Source: the human T2T-CHM13v2.0 reference genome, Homo sapiens. Taken from it: a stretch of DNA of 64,000 nucleotides. Under the pieces are notes generated by a model. It worked only from the letters and a program-made list of their open reading frames with translations. It did no database searches and was not told the origin of the DNA. How positions within the stretch are numbered: position 1 is the stretch's first letter; each line of letters begins with the position of its first letter. This document shows, one piece after another, positions 1-11,780 of the stretch. The DNA lies in NCBI RefSeq assembly GCF_009914755.1, contig NC_060946.1, one strand, 5' to 3'. Position numbers and translations under genes: made by a program.

Positions 1-747
1 GGGGAGGGTGAAACAGGGCTTTATGTTGAATGGTTGGTCAAGGATACGTATGTAACAGGTTACAGGAGTTATGAATATTCATGATGGGGGAGTCACACAC
101 ATGCGTGGTAAGCAAACATGCATATTCCACGCATCCCTTGTCATTTGCAGGTGGAGAAGTAACATTTAAATACATTATATTAGGCCCTGTAGGTCAAAAG
201 GCAAGCGGGACACGATGGCCCTCAGGGTGCAGCCTCTGTAAACTGGCCAGATCCAGTCATGTCTGCGTCTCCTACCAGAAGAAAGTTACTGCAATCAGCC
301 TCTTGACCAGTCAAAGCTGTAGCCATGGCTGGCAGAGCAGGGGAGTCCATCACTGTCTGATGGTTCATGAGCTGGAATTGTTTGATATTGTGTAAGTCCT
401 GTGATTGTTGAGCTGTTAGAGAAAAAGGAAAAAATAAAACCTTGTGGCAGTTGAAACACAGTTTGTTTTTTCAGCTTAGGGGTACATGACCTAACCCTTG
501 TCTGACCTGGCCTTAGACTCTGTTCATAGCTTGGTATCCTATGGCCACAAGGCTCCGTTCTGCTGGTTGTCTGATCTCTATTTTAACACAAATGCTGCTC
601 CGCTGCTGTCTATACCATGAGGCATGTCTGACCTCTTGTCTCATTATGGCTGGGAACTCAGTTTTTGAGGTTCCTCTGGGATCCCCTTGGTCAAGTCAGG
701 GCCTGTTCAGTCTGTTGGGGGACTTAGGATTTTATTTTTAGTTCTCA
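1..747 (-). mobile_element. ERV1 MER4-group LTR (MER49/MER72-like), truncated by the window edge
   Basis: Minus strand begins TGAGAACTAAAAATAAAATCCTAAGTCCCCCAAC...CCAAGGGGATCCCAGAGGAACCTCAAAAACTGAGTTCCCAGCCA, the typical 5' end of this LTR group. Subfamily from memory. Confidence 0.7.
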
Positions 748-1952
748 ATGTGAAGACATTTTATCCTAATTTTTCATGTCCAGTGCTTTAATGAAATAAA
801 GGGCCACAAGGAAGGCGGCTGTGCCCATGCACCTGCAGACACATCCACCAGATGCCCCTGGCAGTTCCTGGAGGAGCCCATGCTTGGCGACATTGGGTCT
901 GTGTCAGCCCAGCACGGCCGTCCCTAGCTGGCGCATGGAGCAGGCCCACTCTGCATCTGGGCACAGAGGCCATCAGTCCTGACCCACAATTATCTTGATT
1001 TCATATTGATGAGGAAGGAGGGCGAAGGCCAGTGGTATATGAGCAAGAGACGGCACAACAGGCAAACACAGAAAGTCGGTCTGTCCCAGGTCCCACTTCC
1101 TCCTCCCAGGCTCACTGCATTGGCCTGACCCTGGCTGAGCCTGCAAGCCCTGCACCCACCCCTGCCTGTGGATGGAGGGCGTCTGGATAGGCCCGTGTAG
1201 TCAGGTCCCCATGGTTGAACTGCACCCAGAGCAGGAGGAGGCCAAGTGCACCTGTTACTCTCCACGAGCGGCTGATAGAAGAAAACACCCTGCTTCCCGT
1301 CCTGTCTCTGGAGGACCTGCCAGAAACTCGTTAGGAAAGCATCGTGCATCAGATGAGCGTGAGTCCATGGGGAGCAGGGCACCGCGGAGGAAGCGCAGGC
1401 TGGCCACAGCATGGCCCGCGTGAAGAATCAGGAGCTGGCAAAGTTCCTAGTGAAGGCAGCCAGAGGGGAGCAGCAGCCACACACATCTGGTATTAGACCT
1501 TCTCCTCTGGGCCTTTCTCCCCTGCATGGGGAACACGACTCTCTGCTATAAAGAAGACATTTTGTGCTCGTGTTCTGCACCAGCTCAAACTCTGAAGGAG
1601 AAAATACTGGGGGAAAGCAAGCCAGCAACCGAAACTCTAACAGATTTCAGGAGACAGACGAGTACGGGTGCTCCAGGCAGGGGCAGCCCTGGCTGTCTGT
1701 TTCTAATCCATGCCAACTTTCAGGCCCTGCCAGCCGCACAGCCTCCGAGCTGGCAACAATCAGCCCTCCCTGCCTCCACCTCCCGCCCTACCCAACCCCG
1801 GCACACTCTGCTCTTCCTCCAACAGGGAACTGAAGCCCCACATCTTTCCAGAGCTTCCCAGACTTGGACACACATCCTGGCCCTCCTCTGAAGCCCTGCA
1901 AGATGTATCGAGCCTGCCAGCCAAAGATGACCACAGAGAGCCTCTCCGTGGG

Positions 1953-2298
1953 TGTACAGACTGAATCGTGCCTCCAAAAGATGTTAAAGTCCCTACCCCC
2001 AGTACTGCGACTGTGGCCTGACTTGGAAGTAGGGTCTCCTCTTCGAAGATGATAGTGTTAAGGTGGAGTTATCAGGGTGGGCCCCCACCCATCACTGGAA
2101 ATCCCATCCAAGGGGAGATGTGGTCACAGGCAGGACACACACAGAGGGGAGGCCATGTGACAGCCCTTGGCCGTCCACAAGCCAAGGAGGGAAGCCCCAA
2201 GAGAAAGCCACCTCCAGAACAGCGAGAAAATCAGTCTCCGTTGTTTAAGCCATGCGGTCTGTGGCCTCTTGTTGTGGCCACCCCGGGAAGCCAATGCA
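1953..2298 (+). mobile_element. MaLR LTR (MLT1B/C-like)
   Basis: Starts TGTACAGACTGAAT; contains CCTCCAGAAC..GAGAAAAT..TGTTTAAGCCA..GTCTGTGG; ends ...AATGCA. Confidence 0.7.
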
Positions 2299-2326
2299 GC
2301 TGGAGTTCAGCATGAGTGAAGTTCAC

Positions 2327-2501
2327 GTGTCCCCATCTCTGCGCCTCTCTCCCCCACCCAGGCGCGTCCCCATCTCTGCGCCTCTCTCCCCCACCCAGGC
2401 GCGTCCCCATCTCTGCGCCTCTCTCCCCCACCCAGGCGTGTCCCCATCTCTGTGCCTTTCTCCCCCACCCAGGTGTGTCTCTATCTCTGTGCCTCTCTCC
2501 C
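2327..2501. repeat. 37-bp tandem repeat, about 4.7 copies
   Basis: Unit GYGTCCCCATCTCTGCGCCTCTCTCCCCCACCCAGGC at 2327, 2364, 2401, 2438 and 2475. Confidence 0.95.
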
Positions 2502-5500
2502 TTACTCGGGCTTAAGTTCCTTGCAGGTAGCAAACCTGTGACATTCATGTGTGATTGATCACTTCTGTGTCTAGTACCAGACCCAAGCATGCAGACTCTG
2601 ATTTCACGGTTTACCTATGGATCATGTAACCCATAATCAAGGCTGTGTTCACCGACACGGGCTCATAAGTACCACTCCCCACAGTGGGACTCTTGAGCAA
2701 ACTCATGGTCTGCCCCCCCACGCCCATGACTCTGGGCCTGGATGAGATCATGGGTCACGGAACCAAGGGGGTTTTAGTCTTTGTGGGGTGGAGCACCCCG
2801 ACCGCCCAAAGTGAAGGTGTGACCTGTCTTTAAAATTCTGCCTAAAGATTACACAAATTCTACGTAATTAGCAAAAACAGAAGACGGAAACATGTAGCCA
2901 CCACCAGGAACTCTGCTCCTGCAACAGATGAAGTTTCCACGTTCACCTGGGATCTCCCCGCCCCCAGCTCAGGTGAAAATTCACACTCTGTAGCCACAGT
3001 CACAGCAAAGGAGCAAATATTTTCTGGTTTGGCGTTTGTTTTGCATGAGTCCTGTTTTATTTGTCATTAAGCAATGGTTGCCAGTGACAGAGTCCAGCTG
3101 ACACCAGCTTCAGCCTTGAAGAGACAGGTGTGGGCTCTGAAGCAAAGTGCAGCAGATGAAGCTGGGCTCCAGGCCAACTGCCCAGGGTCCCTCGCCCTGC
3201 TGTGAAGTGGGTCCCACCCCGGCCCCTTCTCCACACAGCCGTAACGGTGGCCAGCATCCTCCAGGCCATCTGTCACCGACTCTAACACAGGCAGGGGCCC
3301 AAGAGGACTGCATCTCCCTGCAGGTAGCCAGGGAGGGCTTCCCTGGAAAGCAGACCCTTGAGAGTGGACAAGGGCCGGTCACAGGTGGGAGAAGAGGATG
3401 GCACCGTAGGCACGCTGACCATGGAAGCATCCTGGAGGGAGCAGGAGGCAGAACCCATGGGATTTGGAAGTCAAATGAGTGGGGAGAGAGACGGGTGGAC
3501 TAAGGCATGTGGTCCGGTATTGATCACAGTGAGCCCGAGACACCCTGGAACACCCAGGAGGGCTCCTGCACGTGCCGTCTCCAGATTCTGGAGCTGTGGA
3601 GGGTGTTGGAGCAGCCGAAGGACCAGGAGGACTCACGGAGGACGCGCTGCCCCACCCGCTCCCACTGCCCACTTCTCTTAAGCCCTTCAACTGATACAGA
3701 TGCTGGCCCTTTAACACGCTTTGCAAAACCTTCACCCAGCCCATTTGTGCCATTATTTTAGGTGTGAGAGTTGTCTTTGGCCCAAAGGTTGAAATGTTTA
3801 TATAGTTAAATGAATCTTTTCTTCATTACTTGGAAGCTTAAAAATGTGTCCATCCTACATAGACACAAAACCTGCAGCATCTTGGAGATCTGTTTTCCAG
3901 AACATCGTACACATTATAACCTCACGTCTCGCTAGTTCATTCCCGTAGCACGCGGCGACACCTCACTCCACCTCGGGTCCTGCCTCTTCCAGAGCCTTGG
4001 AGTCCTCTGTGGGACCCTCTGCCCCGGCCAGCAGAGCGGAGCACCAAGCGGAGGGAGTTGGGGGAGTGAGGCTGAAGGGGGTGAGTGTCCCCTACACCCA
4101 GACCCCACGGCCTGGGGCTAACAGTAAAAAGTTGGCGACACCATGCTCCCAGCCACCACATCTGCACCCGAGGGAGCGAAGGCCCTGAGCCGCAGGGACC
4201 ATGGAGCAGCCATCTGGCTCTGTGTCTGACCCTAAGGTGCACGTGGCCACACCCACAGGTCCCACGGCCCTCACGCTGATGACTCTGGAGCTGTTTTGCC
4301 GCCGTCACCCCCTGCGCCTCCCTCTTTTGTTAAGTCCTCTTATTTGAGATTTAGTCTTAGGAAGCAACATCTTACATTTCTCTATACTCGCCTCAGCAGC
4401 AAACATGTTTTGGCCTCTGTTGTTACCTTATTTCTGATAACTTAATTTTCTTGACAAGCTTAATAGTATTTGTAAGAAGACACCCCACCCAACCTTCCCA
4501 GGCACTGGGAACACACAGAGGAGCTGGAACGCGGTGTTCTCTGTCTTCACGATATTCTCCGTCCTTGGCAGCATCTTCATTAGCCTGCCTGTGGCCGCAC
4601 CAAGCGCCAGCACAGCTGGCCTGTCCCCACAGGAGTCCCCGTGTGACTGCACAACCCCATCTGCCCGGTCACCGTCGCACCCCGCTCAGCGTGACATTTA
4701 ACGAGGTATGTAGGGTCAGGCAGGTTAAACGTGAGAAAACTAATTTGTATAACGGCAAGCAGCAACTATAGGCACACACGTGCTTAAAAGATGTCTTCTA
4801 CTGTATTAAGTTAACAGATTTTCATAATCACATAGAGTGGAGCAAGATGATTGAGTTAAGGGATTTACTTAGGAGCCTGGAAGGGATGTTAGTACATCTC
4901 TGTGATAATTAAGGGACTGCTAATCTCTTAACCTCTGCAATAAGATATGCTTCATTATTCTTTAAATTGTAGCTGACACAGAGTATACCTGAAGCACCAA
5001 TTTAATTCCTTTCTTCCTCTTTTTTTAATTTGGTCTCTCCCCCCAGCCATGAGGTACCCACGCAAGCAGGAGCAGTGATTTACCTGCCAGCCTTTCGCTG
5101 GTGCGAAGAACATTTCATTTTGCTAACGATATTTGCTGTTTGATAGAGCTCCTCAAGGTAAACTTCTCAAAACACCAAGTCCTTATAATCCTCAACTTAT
5201 CTTCCAGACAGAAGCCAGGGGTAATTGTCTGGCTTCGGGGCAGTTTTCCAGCCCTGTGTATTGCTGTTACCAAATTACAGGAACCAAATGGACTTCTAAA
5301 GAAAATGGTGATGACGGCCCCCAGTGCACAGCAACATCAACCCGGCGCTGGGCGTTCGCGGCATCAATGGAGCTGCACAGCCCTGAGGAGCTGCCAGACA
5401 GGGCCGGGGCCACAGGGACTGCAGGGCAAAAGCTTTGCAGGCTCAATCTTCCTTTGGTTTAAATTTTCGTCCTCATTTTTTGCTGTCATGATTTGATATG

Positions 5501-5678
5501 CACCTTCCAAAGGACCAAAGAATGCCTGTGCCAAAGTGAGGGGAAGTGGGATAGGACACTCAGGCCTGCATGTGAGGTTTTCCCAGTGTTTGTAAAGAAT
5601 GGAATTGAGGTCTGGCCCTTTAAGGAAAAGACCCTGAGGGGGATTTTGAGCAGAGACCAGCTCAGACACAGGTGGCCA

Positions 5679-6030
5679 GGGAGCCCCAGGAGGGTGGGCA
5701 GAGGCTGAGGGAGCCCCAGGAGGGTAGGCAGGTGCCGTTGGAGCCCCGGAAGGGTGGACAGGGGCAAAGGGCGCCCCCGGGAGGGTAGGCAGGGGCCGAG
5801 GGTAGGCAGGGGCCGAGGGAGCCCCCGGGAGGATGGGCAAGGGGCTGAGGGAATCCCCAGAGGTTGAGCAGGGGCCTTGGGAACCCCAGAAAGGTGGGCA
5901 GGGGGCTGAGGGAATCCCCGGAGGTTGAGCAGGGCCCATGGGGGCCCCGGGAGGCTGGGCAGGGGCCAAGGGAGCCCCGAGAGTAGGGACGGGACCGAGC
6001 GAGCCCCAGGAGAGGGACAAGGGCCATGGC
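5679..6030. repeat. Degenerate G-rich minisatellite, ~30-bp unit, about 12 copies
   Basis: Recurring GGGAGCCCCNGGAGGGTRGGCAGGGGCYRA at 5679, 5709, 5739, 5769 and onward. Confidence 0.85.
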
Positions 6031-6567
6031 AGCAGGAGCATCCTTCAGGTTGGGAACAAGACCGCAGCCTCAGGAAGCCAGGCCGGGGCAGTGAACAACT
6101 GCGTGATTGGGAGTTTGAGCCTAATTACAGAACTGGAGACGGGAGAAGGCTACAAGGAGGCTAAGGGGTTTTCCTGTTAGGTTTCTACAAATCCAAAAAA
6201 AGTCATCTTAGCATAAAGATTCCTGAGTTTACAGATTAAGTCAGAGGAAGAACAGGACTGGGTCATCATGAGACTCTTGGATTAGTTTGCAGGAAACTGT
6301 ATCTGCTTGCAAATGGGCAAACAAAATACAAGAACAAAAATCATACTGTACTAACCTAAGAATCTGGACACATCTACCACAGACTCCATATTTCTGAGAA
6401 TCTAGTAAAAGAAAAGTTTCTTTATAGAAAGATGGTCACTACGTCTTTTTAATGCCTGGCGGAAGCCCTCAGTGCCCCCTGCGGACGCAAGGAGGAAACC
6501 CCAGGCCATCCCTTTGTGAGTGAGAAAGTGGTTAAAACATGGCCTGGAAGACCAGGCTATAGGGAGA

Positions 6568-6958
6568 CGTCAAAGAAAACCAGAGCTGGGCAGTAGTCGA
6601 AGCAGTAAAAGCAGATTTTACTCAGTCCTTCCTGAATAGGGGGAGAGAGACCGGATTCAGCTCTGAAGACAGCAGGAGTAAGGGGATCACAGCCAAGGAG
6701 CAGCGTGGGGGCAGGGGACGGGAAATTACCAAGACAAAACACCGCGCTCAGAGGGTTCTGGTGAAACCAACCTAACAGGATTCTTGCTGAAGTGAGGGTA
6801 TCACCCGGGGACGGCGGCGTCTCCTGACCAGTTATCTAGGTGGGGGCTCTTGCCAAAAGCGGACAAGGCAGAGACAACCACAGAAGTCCAAAAGTTGAGG
6901 TCTCATTGAAAAGTTCAGGGGGGCTGCGTGGAGTTTCTCAAGGAGAGAATCTCTGTCA
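6568..6958 (-). mobile_element. ERV1 LTR (MER31-like)
   Basis: Minus strand starts TGACAGAGATTCTCTCCTTGAGAAACT; the other end reads GTCAAAGAAAACCAGAGCTGG..GCAGTAAAAGCAGATTTTA on the plus strand. Confidence 0.65.
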
Positions 6959-7552
6959 GGAATCAAATCCCTGGACTCACAGTTAGCAAGTGTTTCTACA
7001 GCAGGCTCCACGAGCGGGGCCTCCTCTTCACTGCAGAGTCCCCGCCGTGATGGCCTTTATGCTCCTGCTAGCAAGGACATTAACAGGGTGGGAGGCGAGG
7101 GGAGACCTCAGTGCTGGTTTCCATGCGGAGGCAGAGGCAGCTCCTTGGTGACAGGATGTTAAGTAAAGACATTCCTGAAGAAGACTTCTAACAGAGTAAA
7201 CACTGGGGCAGATGAGAGAGAAGTGTGAGTTTAATGTCTGGTTCTCATGTAAGATATTTTTAAAATCCCTTTGATCTAAACTTTTAAAAGATACTTTTCC
7301 CTGGATCTACAGGGCCATCGGTTTCTTCTTTCAGTTCTATGGCGTTTCCTTTAATAAGCATTTATTACCTTTTAAATAAAAACAATCAGTTATATACTTT
7401 AGGTCAGACCAAAATGTTTACATGCCATAATTCGTATCATTTCACAATTAAATAGGATTAAAAATGGCCCAATTATCAGATTCTGACCAGATGATCCTTC
7501 CCCCTGCGGCCCCAGCCTATCATTTCACAATAGGATTAAAAATGACCCAATT

Positions 7553-7870
<318 letters not shown>

Positions 7871-7984
7871 AAAATGAGATTCTGACAGATGACCCCTTCC
7901 CCCCCTGCCCCATCAGTCAGAAGGTCTGGGGAGAGGAAACAGAATAGAGGGTGGTATGAAAAGAGAACAGCCAAGCACGTGAGA

Positions 7985-8130
7985 AAAGGAATGAAATATA
8001 TCAGCCCACAGATTTAAGAAATTCAGTCAATCTCAAACTCGATTAACATACAGAAAACTAATGTTTATTTCCATCATAATAAAACTGCTGAAAACAAAAG
8101 GAAATCAGTACAATCTTAAAAACAGAAAAA
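7985..8130 (+). mobile_element. Ancient L1 ORF1 fragment
   Basis: A-rich CATCATAATAAAACTGCTGAAAACAAAAGG...ATCTTAAAA resembles the L1 ORF1 HIIIKLLKTK...ILK segment; degenerate. Confidence 0.5.
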
Positions 8131-8131
8131 G

Positions 8132-8353
8132 AACCAGCTTGGGCAATGTAGTGAGACCCTGTCTCTCCTGAAAAAAAAAATTTTTTTTAATTAGCCAGGC
8201 ATGGTGGCGCACGCCTGTGATCCCAGCTACTCGTGGAAGAGGAATCACTTGAGCCTGGAAAGTCAAGACCACAGTGACCCATGGTGGCGCCATGGCACTC
8301 CAGCCTGCCTGACACAGCTGAGACCCTGTCTCAAAACACAAGCAAACAAACAA
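8132..8353 (+). mobile_element. 5'-truncated Alu (AluJ-like)
   Basis: ACCAGCTTGGGCAATGTAGTGAGACCCTGTCTC, A-rich linker, right arm with TTGAGCCTGG, and (CAAA)n tail. Confidence 0.85.
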
Positions 8354-9217
8354 TACGGTTCACAAAGGCGACAAAAAGGCTTCTCAAAAACTTACCAGGT
8401 GAATATAAAGTTGATCAATTCTTATTTATATTCACTTATAAGGTGAATACAAATTTGACCAATTCTTATCTGAAATATTAAAATGAGACAGAAATATCCT
8501 TAGACCAGCTAAAAATTTGTGATATTATCAAAAACAAGCAAACACAGAAGACAACTGAATCGACGTGGAACCTCTGACGGAGCCGGAATTGCTCTGTCAT
8601 GTGAGCAATGTAAATTTGATAAATATAGATTTTAGTTAAATATACCATTAGGCAAATTGATAATTAAGCCAATTAGTTTTAGGTGATTTGACAGTTAGTG
8701 ATTTGGCTCCAAGTGATCTGGCTTAATCCCAGCAGGAGGAGATCCAGAAAGACAGGCTGGGAGGTTATGGAAGACAAAGGTGAGGAGGGCCCTTCTCAGG
8801 GGGTTCTGACAGTTGCACCCCCACGGGGCTGAGGAGAAGAGTTGGGGCCTTTCTCCAGGTGACTGTGGTATTGAGATCCTGCAGTCAGGCAGCACAGAGT
8901 CTGGACAAGCAACAGAGAATGCAGAGGACTTGCCATTCCTCCTGCCCCCTACCCTCCATCATGATGTGATAGCTGGACCCACCAAATGGAGCCCCAGCAC
9001 TGCCAGCTCTTCAGAACTCCAACACCATGGGACCCCTACAAGCCACCCTGGGTATGGTGCCGCCCTCTCATGACTGGCTAAGCCAGCTTTCTCCCAGGGC
9101 AGCAAAACGAGGACACTATCCCCACCCTGCTCAATTCTGTGTTTAAGTCCTTGGACAATTGAGGGTTGACGGAGACACATCCCAGTTCATCTTCTCTTCG
9201 TCTCCATCATTAGCTTC

Positions 9218-9594
9218 GGTATGTGCCTGCCGGGACTCCAGTGACAAAGCACCACAGGCCGGGTGGCTTAACAGCAGCCATTCATTTTCTTACAGTTTTG
9301 GAGGCCAGAAATCCAAGATGAAGGTGTTGGCAGGGCTGGTTTCTCCCGAGGCCTCTCTCCTTGGCTTCTCACTGTGTCTTCACTCTGCCTTTTCCCCAGA
9401 CAAGAGCCCCACTGGTGTCTCTTCCTCTTCATGTAAAGACATCAGTCCCATCAGATCAGAGCCCAGCCCTAGTGACCTTATTTAACCTCAATTATCTCCT
9501 ACAGAGCCCAACCTTAGTGACATTATTTATGCTTAGTGACCTTAATATGCTTCAGCATATTAACCTGGGAAGGAACACAATTCACCCTCTAGCA
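9218..9594 (-). mobile_element. MaLR LTR (MLT1B-like)
   Basis: CACCACAGGCCGGGTGGCTTAA...CAGTTTTGGAGGCCAGAAATCCAAGATGAAGGTGTTGGCAGGGCTGGTTTCT...ACACAATTCACCC. Confidence 0.75.
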
Positions 9595-11099
9595 ACTTCC
9601 CACACCTGCTGTCCTTCCAGTCTCTGCAGAGGAAATCTCCATCCTTTCACCAGGTAGTCCCAGCCTCCAATCCTGGCACACCCACAAAATGAAGAAGAGA
9701 CCTGCCAAGGGAGAAACTTAGAAATGGAAAAGAAAACAGAACTGGACTGTATAAAATTCAGTGGTGTGTGTACCTCTTAATAGCACTCTGGCTAGCAATT
9801 TTCAACTATGTTTCCTAAGATTAAAACCATCATTTGGAATGGATCCCATTCCCAATCTAATGTAAAACAAATACCGATAAAACGCCTGGTGAGATAAAGT
9901 AGATTATCTTGATTCCAACGGCAACTGCAACTGCTTATGGTCCTTTCAAACACACTCCCCTCGCGAACACACATTATCTCTCTGACCTTCATCCTCTTGT
10001 TTACTGATGGCAGTTGGAAGATGACCAGTTGGAGTTAATTTTCCATTTTTAATTTGCTTGTCAAGTTTTATGCCATTCTGTCAGTAAAATACTCCAATAT
10101 TGCTAAAATAAAACCTACTGAAACTGTGATTGCCTAAATCAGACACTAAAGTAAGGCCTTCGGGTTTTACGATACAGTAAAATGCAAATTGGGACTCGTT
10201 TATGCAATGAAGTGAATGTTTCCCTACTCTTCCTCTGGAAGAAAGAGCCGGCCCCCATCTGCGGGCTGCCCTCAGCCTGGCATCCTGACCTCCAGCCACC
10301 TCAAGCATAGCAGAACTACCGTCTGTATTTTAGGATGTTGGTGGTGGGCTGCTGTCTACCCCAGCCCAGCGGTGAGAAAGCGCAGGAGGACCACAGAGCC
10401 ACGCTGGATAAACAAAGATGTTCCTCTGGGTCTCCCGGGTGCCTTCCTTCCTGCTGCTTTCCCTCCTGCATCAGAGAGGAGCTCAATGCTAAATGTTTAT
10501 GGGCTTCTCACACTTCATTTGATGGAACTAGGAACTTCATGATGGGCCTCTGATGGGCCAAGGGAATTCTAGCTTATTTGAGTTTGGGGCTTATATAAGC
10601 CATTATGTAAGTCACCAGCTCATGTCCTGTAGAAACTGCACGTTTTCCCCAGGCTGCCTTCAGCTTCACAGACAAAGTCAGGGTAGAAACAGGGTCTGAG
10701 GGAAATTCACGAAAAGCCACGATAGTGGTCTGCTGGGTGAGGAGTCAGACGCGGAGTAATGGGGCCATCACAGGAGCGTCAGAGTTTCCTGTTTGCTCCC
10801 CACTCCTGGTGGAAGCCGGCTCCAGTGGAGGATCAACGGCACCTGCAGCTGCAGGTTCTTGGAGAGCACTCTTAGGTGGCACCGGGTCTCACATCTGCCC
10901 TCGCACGTGTGCAGACGCTCTGCCTGGGCCAGGAATGGCCTGGGCCGGCCCCTCCAGGCCAGCTGCCTCTCCACTCATTCAGAGTGTCTTCCCTCCTGAT
11001 GGAAGTCATGCATTTACTGTTACAGCAGATTTAGCAGTCAGAACAGTCCACCACGCCGCCCTTCATCCCACTCCTCCGAGATGACCTCCGTATAGGGTC

Positions 11100-11780
11100 A
11101 GGAGCCCGGCCGCTTCCTCCCGGCTCCTTAGCCCCGAACCCGGCCTCGCTCCTCAGCTGCGCACTTGGGGAGCGAATGCGCAGTCCCTGGGCGGCTGCAG
11201 TCCACCCAGGTCACAGGCTGACGCGCGATTCTTAGGGGTGAGAAGGGGGTGACTGGGGCAGCGGAGAAAGCGGAGACAGAGACAGGGTGTGCCCAGGGCG
11301 CGGGCACCGGGAGGTCCAGCCTGCGAGGCACGTGGCCTGCCCAGCTGCGGACGGGCGCGGCCCCACCACAGCCCACAGCCAAGTCCGCCTCACCTGCAGC
11401 TCCCGCGCGGAGCAGCCAGATCCATGGCGGCCCTGGGGGTGTGGAGTGGAGAGCAGGCCGCTGCCTCCCGAGGGCCCCGGGCGGTGAGTACGCACCCACG
11501 GAGCCCTCGGGGGCAATCACCGCAGCCTCCTCCTTGTCCTCTCCGCGGGCTCCCGGCCCAGCCCCTAAGGCCGCCAAGCCTGAGGCCTGGCTGCCCAGCG
11601 AGGGGAGGGCGGCTCCTGGGCACCTTCTTCCCGTCGTCCCTCGCGGCTGCACGCGACGACTCTAGCCCCACCCCCTTCCCACCATCTTTTCTGCTCGCGC
11701 TGGGACTTCCGCTCAGGGCCTCAGACGCCGGGACCTGCTGTTCACGCCGGGGCGGGCCGCTGGCTGTGTCCGCCTGAGCT
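11100..11780. promoter_or_regulatory. CpG island, candidate promoter
   Basis: About 60 CpGs in ~680 bp of non-repeat DNA at roughly 70% GC (hand count); contains TGCGCA twice, a CACGTG E-box, a GC-box-like GGGCGGG and a GCG/GTGAGT donor at 11483/11484. Confidence 0.8.
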
